Shown piece after piece: positions 48,830 through 58,677 of a stretch of DNA of 64,000 nucleotides. Under the pieces are notes generated by a model. It saw only the letters and a list, made by a program, of their open reading frames with translations, was not told the origin of the DNA and ran no database searches. The stretch is taken from the NCBI GenBank assembly GCA_965227515.1, contig CBDDFZ010000001.1:384001-448000 (forward strand), written 5' to 3'. Each line of letters starts with the position of its first letter. Positions within the stretch are counted from its first letter, which is position 1. A program made the position numbers and the translations under genes. This DNA comes from Alphaproteobacteria bacterium. Lineage in GTDB: Bacteria > Pseudomonadota > Alphaproteobacteria > CALKHQ01.

Positions 48830-49861
48830 TTACATCCAGCGCGCGATCATGCGGTGCTGCACATTGGCCAAGGCGGCGGTGCGGTAATAGGCCAGCAGTT
48901 CCCGCAGCGGGTCGGCCATGCGGTCGACGCCCGATATGAACGCCACCACCACGCCGATGGTGGTCTCGCCCTGCAGCGCCAGATAACCGCCGACCAGCAG
49001 CACGCCCAGCGGCGCGAAGGCCGACAGCACGTTGCTGAGACCCTTCATCATGAACTTCAGCACGAATGTGCGCATGCGGTTGGCATAGATGCGCCGCAGC
49101 TTGCCATCCAAGTCCTTCTGTTCGGACCTGTCGTCGCCGTCCCCGCCTGCGTTGTCCCTGCCCGCGTCGTCCATCTCGGCCACCATGTCGCCGAGCTCGC
49201 GCATCAGCGCCACCCGCCGCTCCACCAGGCGGTTGATGTAGTGCTGCACCACCGGCACCAGGATCGCCTGCGGCACGATCAGCACCAGGCTGACCAGCGC
49301 GACCACCGGCTCCACCACCACCATGTACCCGCCGATGGCCAGCAGGATGCCGACATTGACGGTCGGCTGCGACAGGCCCTCGCCAACGAAACCGCCCAGC
49401 TTGTCGATCTCCGGGCCGATCACCGAGACCGCCTCGCCGCTGTGGCGGTCGCCGTCGTCCTTCTTGTCCGCGCCGTCGGCGGCGTCCTCACTCGCCTGCG
49501 ATGCCCGCCGCCGGTAGATGCGCGACAGGGTGATGCGGTTGAACCTGATGGCGCTCTCGCTCAGCCAGCCCTGGTACATGCGCAGCACGAACTTCAGGCC
49601 GGCATGGACAAGGATCACACCGGCATAGACGGCGCCCAGAATCAGGATCGCCTCCATGTCGAATTCCTGGCCGATGCCGTTGATGATGCGCCGCTGCAGT
49701 TCCAGCGGCACCATGCTGAGCGCGGCCACCACCAGGGCCAGGCCGCAAATCGCATACTGATGGCGGCCGCTCATCCGCCAGACATAGCCGAGCAGGGTCG
49801 CCGAGGGCTTGCCGTCGCCGCCTTCGTCGATCTGTCGTGGGGGGATCGATAAGCCGAGCAT
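48830..49861 (-). CDS. ABC exporter transmembrane-domain-only protein
   Basis: PLELQRRIIN, GGFVGE, GVVVAFISG..R..DP.REL; no ATPase domain. Confidence 0.72.
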   Translation of the reverse strand: MLGLSIPPRQIDEGGDGKPSATLLGYVWRMSGRHQYAICGLALVVAALSMVPLELQRRIINGIGQEFDMEAILILGAVYAGVILVHAGLKFVLRMYQGWLSESAIRFNRITLSRIYRRRASQASEDAADGADKKDDGDRHSGEAVSVIGPEIDKLGGFVGEGLSQPTVNVGILLAIGGYMVVVEPVVALVSLVLIVPQAILVPVVQHYINRLVERRVALMRELGDMVAEMDDAGRDNAGGDGDDRSEQKDLDGKLRRIYANRMRTFVLKFMMKGLSNVLSAFAPLGVLLVGGYLALQGETTIGVVVAFISGVDRMADPLRELLAYYRTAALANVQHRMIARWM

Positions 49862-49901
49862 TGCGCCCGCGCGCCAGTGGCTCAGGCGGCGCGGCCCATG
49901 G

Positions 49902-51302
49902 TCACGCCGGCAGCATGACCATGGACGGGTCGCGCAGGTAGGGCGGCACCCAGCCCAGGATGTCGCTGGTCGGCAGCACCTCCTCGGCAAGCCGGATGCC
50001 CAGTGTGTCGACCGCGAAGGCGCGGCGGGCCTGCATGCGCTGCCAGGCGGCCGGATGGGCGTTTGCCAGTTCCTGCCGCAGGGCGGCATCGGCCAGCACC
50101 ACGCCATCCTCCGCATTGGCGCCGAAATGGCCGCCGGACGTGACGGGAATGATATCCATCTGCAGGGCCATGCCGGACTTCAGCGCGATCTGGCTGTCGG
50201 CGAAGAAGGGGGAGGACAGCCATTCGTCAACATGGGTCAGGTGGCCGGGATTCAGGGCATAACGCTCGATGGCGCCGCCGAGTTCCGCCTCCACCGCCGC
50301 AACGATGTCGCCACAGCGCGCGCCGATCCGCAGGCTCTCGTACCAGGTGACCATCGCCGCGCAGTACGGCGTCAGCACGACATCGAGCCAGTCGCGGTCG
50401 TGGCTGGGCAGGCCGGACGCATCGAATGCCACATATCCGGCGCGCACCGAGTTGGCGCCCCATCCGCCCATGGTCATGAACAGCGGGTCGCCGGCCGCGA
50501 TCTTGCGCCCGCTGGGACTGGCGAGCCCCAATGCGGTGCGCTCGCCCGACGCGACGATGGGGTGATAGTTCAGCGGCTGGCCGATCCAGCCCATATGGCC
50601 GGCCAGCGCGTGCTCGCTGACCCCGGGCTCGATGGCGCGGATCGCCCGCAGCACGCCCTGTGACGCATGGGTGGCGGCGAACTCGAACGCGGCGATCTGT
50701 GCCGCGTCGTTCAGCGTGCGCAGCCCGCCATCGGCCGACATCAGCAGGCCGGTGGCGTTGACCACGCGGTCGCGCCCGCCCGCCAGATCGGCCAGCGCAT
50801 CGACGATGAACGCCGGCACCTCGCTCTCATGCTCCGGGTCGGCGCTGTCGGCGTCTGAGAAGGTCTTCCAGCCGGCCAGACCGACCCGGCCCGCGCCGGC
50901 AATGCCGCACTCCGCCAGCACATCGCGCACCGAGCGGCGCTCGCTGCGGTCCTGGTCGATCAGGCTGAAGCTCTGGCACAGCCGCACGTCCAGTTTCAGC
51001 GGGCTGACCCGGGCATAACTGCCGCCCTCGTTGCCGACCAGCAAGATCGGATCGCTGGCTTCGTCCCCGGACAACACCAGCAACCCTTCTTCGAACCGCG
51101 GGTCATAGCCGCTGAGATAGACCAGATTGCCGACATGCTCGCGGTCGCCATAGACCACCAGCGCGTCCATGCCGGCCTCCGCCGCGCGGCGTCGCGCCGC
51201 GGCGATGCGTTGCCCATAGACGTCACCGGGAATCTCGGGGCAGGCGGCTGGCGCCGTCAGCTGCGGCGGCTCCGCCAGTCCAAGTTTGAACGACCGTGCC
51301 AT
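49902..51302 (-). CDS. M24 peptidase/creatinase-like protein
   Basis: VVYGDREH..N..YL.GYDPRFEE, NPGHL, QMDIIP, NAEDG. Confidence 0.72.
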   Translation of the reverse strand: MARSFKLGLAEPPQLTAPAACPEIPGDVYGQRIAAARRRAAEAGMDALVVYGDREHVGNLVYLSGYDPRFEEGLLVLSGDEASDPILLVGNEGGSYARVSPLKLDVRLCQSFSLIDQDRSERRSVRDVLAECGIAGAGRVGLAGWKTFSDADSADPEHESEVPAFIVDALADLAGGRDRVVNATGLLMSADGGLRTLNDAAQIAAFEFAATHASQGVLRAIRAIEPGVSEHALAGHMGWIGQPLNYHPIVASGERTALGLASPSGRKIAAGDPLFMTMGGWGANSVRAGYVAFDASGLPSHDRDWLDVVLTPYCAAMVTWYESLRIGARCGDIVAAVEAELGGAIERYALNPGHLTHVDEWLSSPFFADSQIALKSGMALQMDIIPVTSGGHFGANAEDGVVLADAALRQELANAHPAAWQRMQARRAFAVDTLGIRLAEEVLPTSDILGWVPPYLRDPSMVMLPA

Positions 51303-51326
51303 ATCACGTCCCCTGTCGTGGAAGTC

Positions 51327-51403
51327 GGCTCCAGCCCGCACCCCCTCTCGGCCACCCAGCAGGATACTCTCGTTGGGCGGCCGGGAAGGGGGAGGGCCGG
51401 TGC
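51327..51403. repeat. Dispersed palindromic repeat, copy 5
   Basis: CGGCCACCCAGCAGGATACTCTCGTTGGGCGGCCGGG..GAGGGCCGGTGC. Confidence 0.75.
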
Positions 51404-51430
51404 TGATTTCAGTGTCAGTTGACCCAGGCC

Positions 51431-52594
51431 TTATCCCACCTCTACCCAGCGCTTCTCCGCCGTCGACTTCAGGCAGGCATCAACCAGCCGCATCAACCGC
51501 TCGCCATCGCGGAAGGTCGGCCATCCCGGCGTGCCGGTGGCCACCGCGTTCACCACTTCGCTGACCTCGATCGCCTTGAACTCGTTGTAGCCGACCGCGA
51601 AATTGGCCACCGGGTTGAAGGCGGCATACGCCTCCTGCTCCGGTCCGGCGTCGATCTCGCGCCAGCCCTGCTGGCCGGCCGGGTCGTCGGTGGCGTAGTA
51701 GCGGATGCGGTTCACCTCGTCGTAGTTGAAGCTGAGCGACCCCTTGGTGCCATAGATATCGTAGGTCTGCAGGAACCGCCGCCCAGTAGCGACCCGGCTG
51801 ACGTCGATGACGCCGCGTCCGCCGCCGGGCAGCCGGCACATCAGGTTGACGTAGTCGGGGTTGGTGACCGGGCGCATCTCGGCATCTTCGGGCATGGCGG
51901 CCGCCACCCCGTAACCGAACCCCTCCTGATAGGGCCTGGCCGCCGTCACCACATCGGCATCGGCGATCAGCGCGGACGGGCTGCCGATCAGGTAGTCGAC
52001 CAGGCTGAACACGTGGGTCGCGATGTCGCCCACCGTGCCTGTCGGCGCCAGGTCGCCGTCGCACCGCCACATGAGGGGGGCCGCCGGGTCGGCCAGCACA
52101 TCGACGTGCATGGAGGCGCGGAACAGCTGCACGTCGCCGATCTTGCCGTCGCGCAGCAGGTTGCGCGCCGTCGTGTGCGCCGGGTTCTTCGGGAAGTTGT
52201 GCCCGATGTGGGTGACAACGCCCTTGGCCGCGGCCAGGTCGGCCAGTTCCTTGGCCTCGGCCGCGGTGTCGGTGAACGGCTTCTCGCAATAGACGTTCTT
52301 GCCGGCCTCCAGCGCCGCCTTGGCAACCTCGTAGTGCAGGTAGTCCGGCAGGCAAATGTCGATCAGGTCGATGGACGGATCGTCGATCGCCGCCCGCCAG
52401 TCGGTGCCGGTCGGCGGATCGCCGACCAGCTTCGCCATCGCGGCGACGCCCTCCGCGTTCTCGTCGACCAAGAGCGCGATCTCCGCCGCCCCGCGCCGCC
52501 CGCCGAACAACAGGGCTGTGTTGCGATAGCCGAGCGAGTGGACCTTGCCCATCCACCCGCAGGCGCCCAGAACGGCAACGCGAACCGTTTTCAT
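51431..52594 (-). CDS. Gfo/Idh/MocA oxidoreductase (levoglucosan-dehydrogenase-like branch)
   Basis: GWMGKVHSL, CEKP, ADP..PL.WR, GDIATH, GY.E.K.IE. Confidence 0.85.
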   Translation of the reverse strand: MKTVRVAVLGACGWMGKVHSLGYRNTALLFGGRRGAAEIALLVDENAEGVAAMAKLVGDPPTGTDWRAAIDDPSIDLIDICLPDYLHYEVAKAALEAGKNVYCEKPFTDTAAEAKELADLAAAKGVVTHIGHNFPKNPAHTTARNLLRDGKIGDVQLFRASMHVDVLADPAAPLMWRCDGDLAPTGTVGDIATHVFSLVDYLIGSPSALIADADVVTAARPYQEGFGYGVAAAMPEDAEMRPVTNPDYVNLMCRLPGGGRGVIDVSRVATGRRFLQTYDIYGTKGSLSFNYDEVNRIRYYATDDPAGQQGWREIDAGPEQEAYAAFNPVANFAVGYNEFKAIEVSEVVNAVATGTPGWPTFRDGERLMRLVDACLKSTAEKRWVEVG

Positions 52595-52599
52595 GCCAC

Positions 52600-53574
52600 T
52601 CAGCCCGGCACGTAGTCGCGGGTGGCCTCCGGATCGCCGGTCTCGTACGGCACCGCCAGCAACTCGGCCCATGCCTCGTCGGAGATCGGGTGGTTGGCCC
52701 AATCCAGCGTCTGCTGCACCCGCTCGGCCTTGGAGATGCCGGCGATGGTGGACGTTATCAGCGGATCGCGCAGCGAGAATTGCAGTGCGGCCGCACCGGT
52801 CGGGATGTTGTGGCGGGCGCAGATCGCCTCGATCCGGCGCACCGGCGCCAACATCGCCTCGTCGGCCGGCTGGTAGCAGTAGAGCGGCGCGTTGTCGGAG
52901 CCCTTGGCCAGCACGCCGCTGGCATAGGGCGCGGCATTGAGCACGGCGATACCGCGCTCTTTGGCGAGCTCGAACATCGGCGCGGCGTTGCGGTTCACCA
53001 GCGTGTAGCGGTTGTGGCTGATCAGCGCGTCGAAGTCCCAGTCGCGCAGGATGGGCATCATCACGTCGACCTTGCCGGCAGCAAGGCCCACGCAGCGCGC
53101 CAGCCCCTCTTCCTTCATCTTCATCAGCTCGGCCAGCGACCCGTTCGGGCCGGTCACCTCGTTGATATCGGGCACATATTCCGGGTCGTGCAGGTGGAGG
53201 ATGTCGATCTTGTCGACATTCAGCATCTTCAGGCTGGTTTCAAGCGACCGGCGCGCCTGGGCGGCATCGAACCGGTTGGTCTCCATGTCGCGGTCGAGCT
53301 TGCTGGAGATGACGAACCCGTCCGGCACGCCGCCGCGCGCCTTGATCACTTCGCCGATCCGCTCTTCGCTGTTGGAGTAGTTGCGCGCCGTGTCCAGGAA
53401 GTTGACCGGGCCGGCGAAGATCGCCTCGACCGCCTTGTGGGCGCGGTCCAGGTCGACGGAATAGCCATAGGTGTTCGGCATGTCGCCGATCGCCGAAGTG
53501 CCGAAGCAGATGGTGGTAACGCTCGGCCCATTGGGGCCGATGGTCTTGGTCTCGACGGCCGCGTTGTCCGGCAT
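52600..53574 (-). CDS. Aldo/keto reductase (aldose dehydrogenase-like)
   Basis: FLDTARNY..SEERIG, SSK, HLHDP, AALQFSLR. Confidence 0.88.
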   Translation of the reverse strand: MPDNAAVETKTIGPNGPSVTTICFGTSAIGDMPNTYGYSVDLDRAHKAVEAIFAGPVNFLDTARNYSNSEERIGEVIKARGGVPDGFVISSKLDRDMETNRFDAAQARRSLETSLKMLNVDKIDILHLHDPEYVPDINEVTGPNGSLAELMKMKEEGLARCVGLAAGKVDVMMPILRDWDFDALISHNRYTLVNRNAAPMFELAKERGIAVLNAAPYASGVLAKGSDNAPLYCYQPADEAMLAPVRRIEAICARHNIPTGAAALQFSLRDPLITSTIAGISKAERVQQTLDWANHPISDEAWAELLAVPYETGDPEATRDYVPG

Positions 53575-53775
53575 CGGGTCCTCCCGTGTTGTCGTTTTTC
53601 GTTTGGCTGGGCACGCCAGAGCATTTGTAGCGCCCCTCAATGTGCAATGTGGCGCGGACAAGCGGGTGAAGGCAAGCCGCGTCATCGGTTCCCAATGCGC
53701 CATTTGACAGCGACGCGCGGGCACTGTCAGGTGGCGCGGCTTTCCTTCAACCGCAGCCTGGACCAACAACCGACC

Positions 53776-54195
53776 ATGCTATCCAACGTGCACCACATCG
53801 AGGTCGAGTGGGGCGACTGCGATGCCGCCGGCATCGTCTTCTACCCGCGCTACTTCGAGTACTTCGACGCCTGCACCAACCGGTTGTTCGAGGCCGCGCT
53901 GGGGACGAAGAAACGGCAGTGGACGGCGCACTACGGCATCGTCGGCATCCCGATGGTCGACACCCGGGCGCGCTACCACAGCCCGTCGCGCTATGGCGAT
54001 GTGCTGGAGTTCACGACCACAGTCACCGCCCTCGGCGGCGCCAGCTTCGAGATCGCGCACCGGGTCACCAACGCCGGCACGGTGGGCGTTGAGGGGGTCG
54101 AGAAGCGGGTCTGGGCCGGCCGCCACGCCGACGACCCGTCACGCCTGACCGGCCACCGCATCCCCGACGAGGTGCGGGAGAGGTTGGGTGGTTGA
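53776..54195 (+). CDS. 4-hydroxybenzoyl-CoA thioesterase family protein
   Basis: WGDCDAAGIVFYPRYF. Confidence 0.88.
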   Translation: MLSNVHHIEVEWGDCDAAGIVFYPRYFEYFDACTNRLFEAALGTKKRQWTAHYGIVGIPMVDTRARYHSPSRYGDVLEFTTTVTALGGASFEIAHRVTNAGTVGVEGVEKRVWAGRHADDPSRLTGHRIPDEVRERLGG

Positions 54196-54235
54196 GAAGT
54201 TACGGCACCGGTCGGCAGCAGATCCTGCACACCAC

Positions 54236-54338
54236 CGTCATTGCGAGCCGCCAGCAGGCGGCGCGGCAATCCAGCGATTGCTGATACTACGGTAGCGTAA
54301 CTCTGGATTGCCGCGTCGCTCCGCTCCTCGCAATGACG
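54236..54338. repeat. Palindromic intergenic repeat (GTCATTGCGAG...CTCGCAATGAC type)
   Basis: Terminal inverted repeat CGTCATTGCGAG / CTCGCAATGACG with internal GCAATCCAG / CTGGATTGC; between convergent genes. Confidence 0.8.
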
Positions 54339-54353
54339 CGCGTGGGTCGTCCC

Positions 54354-56000
54354 CTAGAACAAGTTCTCCTTGGTCGTGATCGGGCACCAGCGCGCGATGC
54401 GCAGGAACGGCACCAGCACCGCCAGCGCCTCCTTGGTGCCGATACGCTCCAGCGCCTCCACCGCATAGCCGACCGTGTAGCGATTGCCGTCGGTCAGCGC
54501 CTGCCTAAGCGCCGGAATCGCCGGCGCGGCTTGCGGGCCGAGGCGGGCGAGGGCGAGCGCCGCGTTGAAGCGCACCTCGTCGTCGTCGTCGAACAGGCCG
54601 TCGGCCAGGGTCAGCGCGGCCGCGTCGGTGCCGTGCTTCAGGCCCAGCGCCTCGACCGCGTTTAAGCGCACCGCCGGGTCCTCGTGACGGCAACCGTCGA
54701 TCAGCGCGCTCATCACGGCATCGTCGTCGCAGTCGAGCTCGCCGAGCGCGAAGCACGCGTACTTGGTCACACGGGGCTGACCGTCGGCGGCCAGGTCCAG
54801 CAGGGCCTTGCGCGCCTTCTTGCCCATCGCCAGCAGGCCGTGGGCGGCGTTGCGCGCGACCATCTCCAGCTCGCTCTTCTGGCCCTCGTCGATGAAGCAG
54901 CGCGCATCGTCGACGTTCTCGCCGTCATTGCCCCGCATGGCCTCGACCAGCGGTGCGATGGCCGGCTCGCCCAGCGCCGCCAGCGCGTAGGCGGCGTTCA
55001 GACCGACGACCTCGCTGTCGTCGCCGAGCAGCGCGATCAGGTCCGGGATCGCGGCCTCGCCAGCGCTACCCAGGGCCGCCACGTCGCACACCGCCTTGGC
55101 GCGCTCGTGGTTGTCGGTCGCCTGCAGCCCCGCCGTCGCCGCCGCCACGTCGGCATCGCCGCCGGGCTCGGCCGGGGCCAGATCGCGATGGCCGAGCCAG
55201 TGCCAGTGCGCCCGCCACACCGGCGTCATCGGATAGGCCGGCACCTGCGCAGGGTCCTGCCATTCGTCCTGCGCGCTGTCCCAGGTGACGCCCGTCGGGC
55301 GCTGCATGCGGATGAACTCGAACTTCACCATGAACCGCTTCAGGTTGGTGAGGTTCTTCATCTTCCGGTGCCAGATGTCGTAATGGATCATCATGCAGGT
55401 ACCGGTCTTGCCGGACGCGCACGATCCGATCTGGTCGATATCCTCCAGCCGCTGGGCAATGCACTGGCTGCCGGGAATGACGCCGGTGGGGCCGATCTCC
55501 GGATAGATGTCCTGCGGGTAGTACATGATCATCACCCACCACGGATGATGATTGTGCACCTTGCGCTTGTAGCCCCAGTAGCTGTCGTGGTGCCAAACCT
55601 GCGGGTCGGTCCCGGGCGGGTTGTCGTGCAGCACCCGGTGCGGGTGCATCAGGTAGTTGTCGCCCAGCACGCTGGTCAGCGCGCCCTTGACCACCGGGTC
55701 GTCGAACACGAGCTGCAGCTCGGGCACCACCGGCAGCAGGTTGTTGCCGGGATTGTCGTCGTTGTCGGCGCCGACGATCTTGTCGAAACGCTGGAACAGG
55801 TCCTGGTGGAACTCGACCGGCAGATCGGGGTTCAGCAACAGGTAGCCGTTGGCCAGGAACTGGCGCATCTGCTCGTCGTTCAGCAGCCGAGGCTCGGTCT
55901 GGGCGAGCAGGTCCGGGCGCTGGTTCTGGGTCGACACGCCGTCGCCGTAGTCGAACAGGCGTTGGTATTTCCACTGCTGTGAGCCGGCTTGCCCCTGCAT
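54354..56000 (-). CDS. PhyH-type dioxygenase fused to HEAT/PBS-lyase-like repeats
   Basis: NGYL, WHHD, GPT.VIPGS, DIWHR; repeated VR.NA..ALG units in the C-terminal half. Confidence 0.82.
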   Translation of the reverse strand: MQGQAGSQQWKYQRLFDYGDGVSTQNQRPDLLAQTEPRLLNDEQMRQFLANGYLLLNPDLPVEFHQDLFQRFDKIVGADNDDNPGNNLLPVVPELQLVFDDPVVKGALTSVLGDNYLMHPHRVLHDNPPGTDPQVWHHDSYWGYKRKVHNHHPWWVMIMYYPQDIYPEIGPTGVIPGSQCIAQRLEDIDQIGSCASGKTGTCMMIHYDIWHRKMKNLTNLKRFMVKFEFIRMQRPTGVTWDSAQDEWQDPAQVPAYPMTPVWRAHWHWLGHRDLAPAEPGGDADVAAATAGLQATDNHERAKAVCDVAALGSAGEAAIPDLIALLGDDSEVVGLNAAYALAALGEPAIAPLVEAMRGNDGENVDDARCFIDEGQKSELEMVARNAAHGLLAMGKKARKALLDLAADGQPRVTKYACFALGELDCDDDAVMSALIDGCRHEDPAVRLNAVEALGLKHGTDAAALTLADGLFDDDDEVRFNAALALARLGPQAAPAIPALRQALTDGNRYTVGYAVEALERIGTKEALAVLVPFLRIARWCPITTKENLF

Positions 56001-56095
56001 GGCGTGTTTCCTTCCCTAGGCGATATTGTTGGATTGATGGTGATTATAGCCAAAGGTCGGAGGAATACGAACAAGCAAGGGCCATGCAGCGACGG

Positions 56096-57007
56096 TCACG
56101 ACCCGCGTGCACCTGCCTGGTCGATAATCTGCGGTGCGAACCGCTCGCTGAACCCGCACAGGAAACCGAGCACGACGATCTTCATCAAGTCGACGCTGTG
56201 GGTGTCGGCCTCTGCCGCATCGTCGGAACCGGTCTGTCCCACAGCGAAGTCGAGGCCCTCGATGCTGACGATGCCCGCCGAGAGCACCGCGTATACCGCA
56301 ATCGAGAAAATCAGCGCGACCAGCACCTTGAAGAAGCTGCGCCGGCTGACGGCACCGGGATCGTAGCCCGTTTCCGGCAGATTCGGGATCGACATCGCCT
56401 GCGAGGCGACAGCGCCTAACAGGGCCGCGAACAGCAGGACCGCAAGCTGGTCGAGGTCGAACACGAGCCAGGCAGCGTTCGGGAAGAAGACCTGTGCGCC
56501 TACAAGATACAGCAGGCCCAACACGACAATGGGCCCAAGCGCAAGCAGCAGGCCCGCCACCGCGGCCATGCCGGTGCGGCCATGGCCCCAACGGTAGACC
56601 AGCCGCATCGACCAGCTCCTGTGCCAGTTGTACTGCAGCTCGGCGTTGTCGGTCAGCTTCTCGGCCACGCCGATATTCGGTGACGATCCGACCAGCGCGT
56701 TTGTGCCGTCAGCAACAAAGCTGGCGGTAAGCCCGCGGTGCTTGTGCGGCAATTCCTCGCAACGGCGCGCGACGACCAGAAGCCGATGTATGACCGCCTT
56801 CAACGGGTCCGTCAGCCCGGCTTGGCCGGTCAGCGACCGCAGATTTGCTATGGCGGAGTCGAGATCGTCGACCGTCGGCGCCGGGCCGCCCGTCACGCCG
56901 TTGAGGGGCGGCGTATCGGGTGCCGCGATTTCATCGGGGGCATCGGCCTCGTCAGGAACGTTCGCTTCGTCAGCGACGTTGGCGGGATTCAACACAGCAT
57001 CGGACAT
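56096..57007 (-). CDS. Hypothetical membrane protein with C-terminal GFSER motif
   Basis: About four TM helices ending GFLCGFSERFAP. Confidence 0.6.
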   Translation of the reverse strand: MSDAVLNPANVADEANVPDEADAPDEIAAPDTPPLNGVTGGPAPTVDDLDSAIANLRSLTGQAGLTDPLKAVIHRLLVVARRCEELPHKHRGLTASFVADGTNALVGSSPNIGVAEKLTDNAELQYNWHRSWSMRLVYRWGHGRTGMAAVAGLLLALGPIVVLGLLYLVGAQVFFPNAAWLVFDLDQLAVLLFAALLGAVASQAMSIPNLPETGYDPGAVSRRSFFKVLVALIFSIAVYAVLSAGIVSIEGLDFAVGQTGSDDAAEADTHSVDLMKIVVLGFLCGFSERFAPQIIDQAGARGS

Positions 57008-57195
57008 AGAAATTCTCCGTAATACAATTCTCCAAAATCCAACGAACGCGGCGCCAAATACCCGCCGCGCGTTCCGGGCTGCCGTTATTGCGGCAATCCA
57101 GTGAACCAAATACAAGGTTATCGAACTTCTGAGGGCGGCGCAATTGGCAGGCTCGGCTGCACTTGCACGTCCATCGCACAAGCGCGGAACTCGCC

Positions 57196-58008
57196 ATGGA
57201 CGACCATTTCGAGACCAACCTGAAGCGGTGGGACGAAGCGGTCGACGTCCATGTCAACTCGGCCACCGAGGTCTATCGCCTGGCCGACTTTCGTGCCGGC
57301 GCCGATACCCTGGGCCCGATCGAAAGCAGCGAGATCGGCGATGTGGCCGGCAAGTCGGTGCTGCACCTGCAGTGCCATTTCGGGCTCGACACGCTGAACC
57401 TCGCGCGGCGCGGCGCGACGGTGACCGGGCTCGATTTCTCGCCGAAAGCGGTCGCCGCCGCCCGTGCCCTGGCCGCGGAGGCGGGGTTGGAAGCGGCTTT
57501 CGTGGAAGGTAACGTCTATGACGCGCCTGACCTGATCGAGGGCCGTTTCGACATCGTCTATGTGACCTGGGGCACCATCGTCTGGCTGCCCGACATCGTG
57601 CGCTGGGCCGACGTGGTGGCCCATTTCCTCAAGCCCGGCGGCTTCCTGTATTTCCTGGACGGCCATCCGACGGCACTGATGTTCGAGCAGGAAGGCGACA
57701 GGCTGGAACTGCGCTACCCGTATTTCGAAACCGGGAACCCGATGACCTTCGACAGTGCGGGCACGTACACCGGCGACGACTATGCGTTCAGGAACACCCG
57801 GACGTTCGAGTGGCCGCATGCGTTGTCGGAGATCGTCAATGCACTGCTCGGCGCGGGGCTGCGGCTGGACATGCTGAACGAGCACCAGCGGCTGGCGTGG
57901 AAACTGTTCGCGATGATGGAGACCCAGGACGACGGCATGGAGGCGATGCCGGCCGGGGCGCTGCAACTGCCGCTGGCATTCTCACTGAAGGCGTCGAAGC
58001 CCGGGTAG
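57196..58008 (+). CDS. Class I SAM-dependent methyltransferase
   Basis: LHLQCHFGLDT, GLDFS, FDIVY, LKPGG. Confidence 0.9.
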   Translation: MDDHFETNLKRWDEAVDVHVNSATEVYRLADFRAGADTLGPIESSEIGDVAGKSVLHLQCHFGLDTLNLARRGATVTGLDFSPKAVAAARALAAEAGLEAAFVEGNVYDAPDLIEGRFDIVYVTWGTIVWLPDIVRWADVVAHFLKPGGFLYFLDGHPTALMFEQEGDRLELRYPYFETGNPMTFDSAGTYTGDDYAFRNTRTFEWPHALSEIVNALLGAGLRLDMLNEHQRLAWKLFAMMETQDDGMEAMPAGALQLPLAFSLKASKPG

Positions 58009-58045
58009 GGCACGAACAATCAGGTCTGTGCCAGCTGATCCGCGA

Positions 58046-58525
58046 CTACGCGATGTACGCGTACAAATCGCTTGCCGTGGCGGGAACGATGATCGGCTCG
58101 TCGAGGTAAAAGCCCATCAGGATCTTGTCGGCGGTGGTGTGGTTCGAGCCCAGGGGCAGCAGCAGCCGCTCGAACATCGCCTCGTCGCGCGGGTTGGACC
58201 CATAGCGCGCGGTGCGGTGCACCGGCTCGCCGGTGTCCGCGCAGAGCTCGAAGTCAGTCAAGCTCAGCCGGGCGCTCATCGGATCTTCGGCATCCGGCAA
58301 ATAGGTGCCGGTCAGGTCGTGCCCCTGATACTCCACCAGCTTGGTGCCGACCAGCCGATGGCGGAACCGGCACGGCGCGCGCTCGACGTCGAAAATGGAG
58401 ATGTTGCGCAGCCAGGGCTTGATGTCCTCGGGGTCGAGGTCAGACCGTGCCGGCATTGGTTGGCCGTTGCACAACGATTGCCATACCGACAAAAGACCGG
58501 CCAGTTCGGGGCGCATGTGGTTCAT
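58046..58525 (-). CDS. Stand-alone PAS-like (PAS_5/DUF1457-type) protein
   Basis: W......MPARSDLDP, FRHRLVGT, G.DLTG, ERLLLPL. Confidence 0.78.
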   Translation of the reverse strand: MNHMRPELAGLLSVWQSLCNGQPMPARSDLDPEDIKPWLRNISIFDVERAPCRFRHRLVGTKLVEYQGHDLTGTYLPDAEDPMSARLSLTDFELCADTGEPVHRTARYGSNPRDEAMFERLLLPLGSNHTTADKILMGFYLDEPIIVPATASDLYAYIA

Positions 58526-58677
58526 GCCACGACGGTAGGTTCGGAATGGTTAACCGTTCCTTACCGCGTTGGCCCGGAAAAGTATTTATTGCCCGGAAAC
58601 GGTCCACAATCGTCAAGAAAACCGTTCGGGCGTGCCGCGACACCACATCGGCCGGCGATTTCGCTTGCCCCGCCGGC

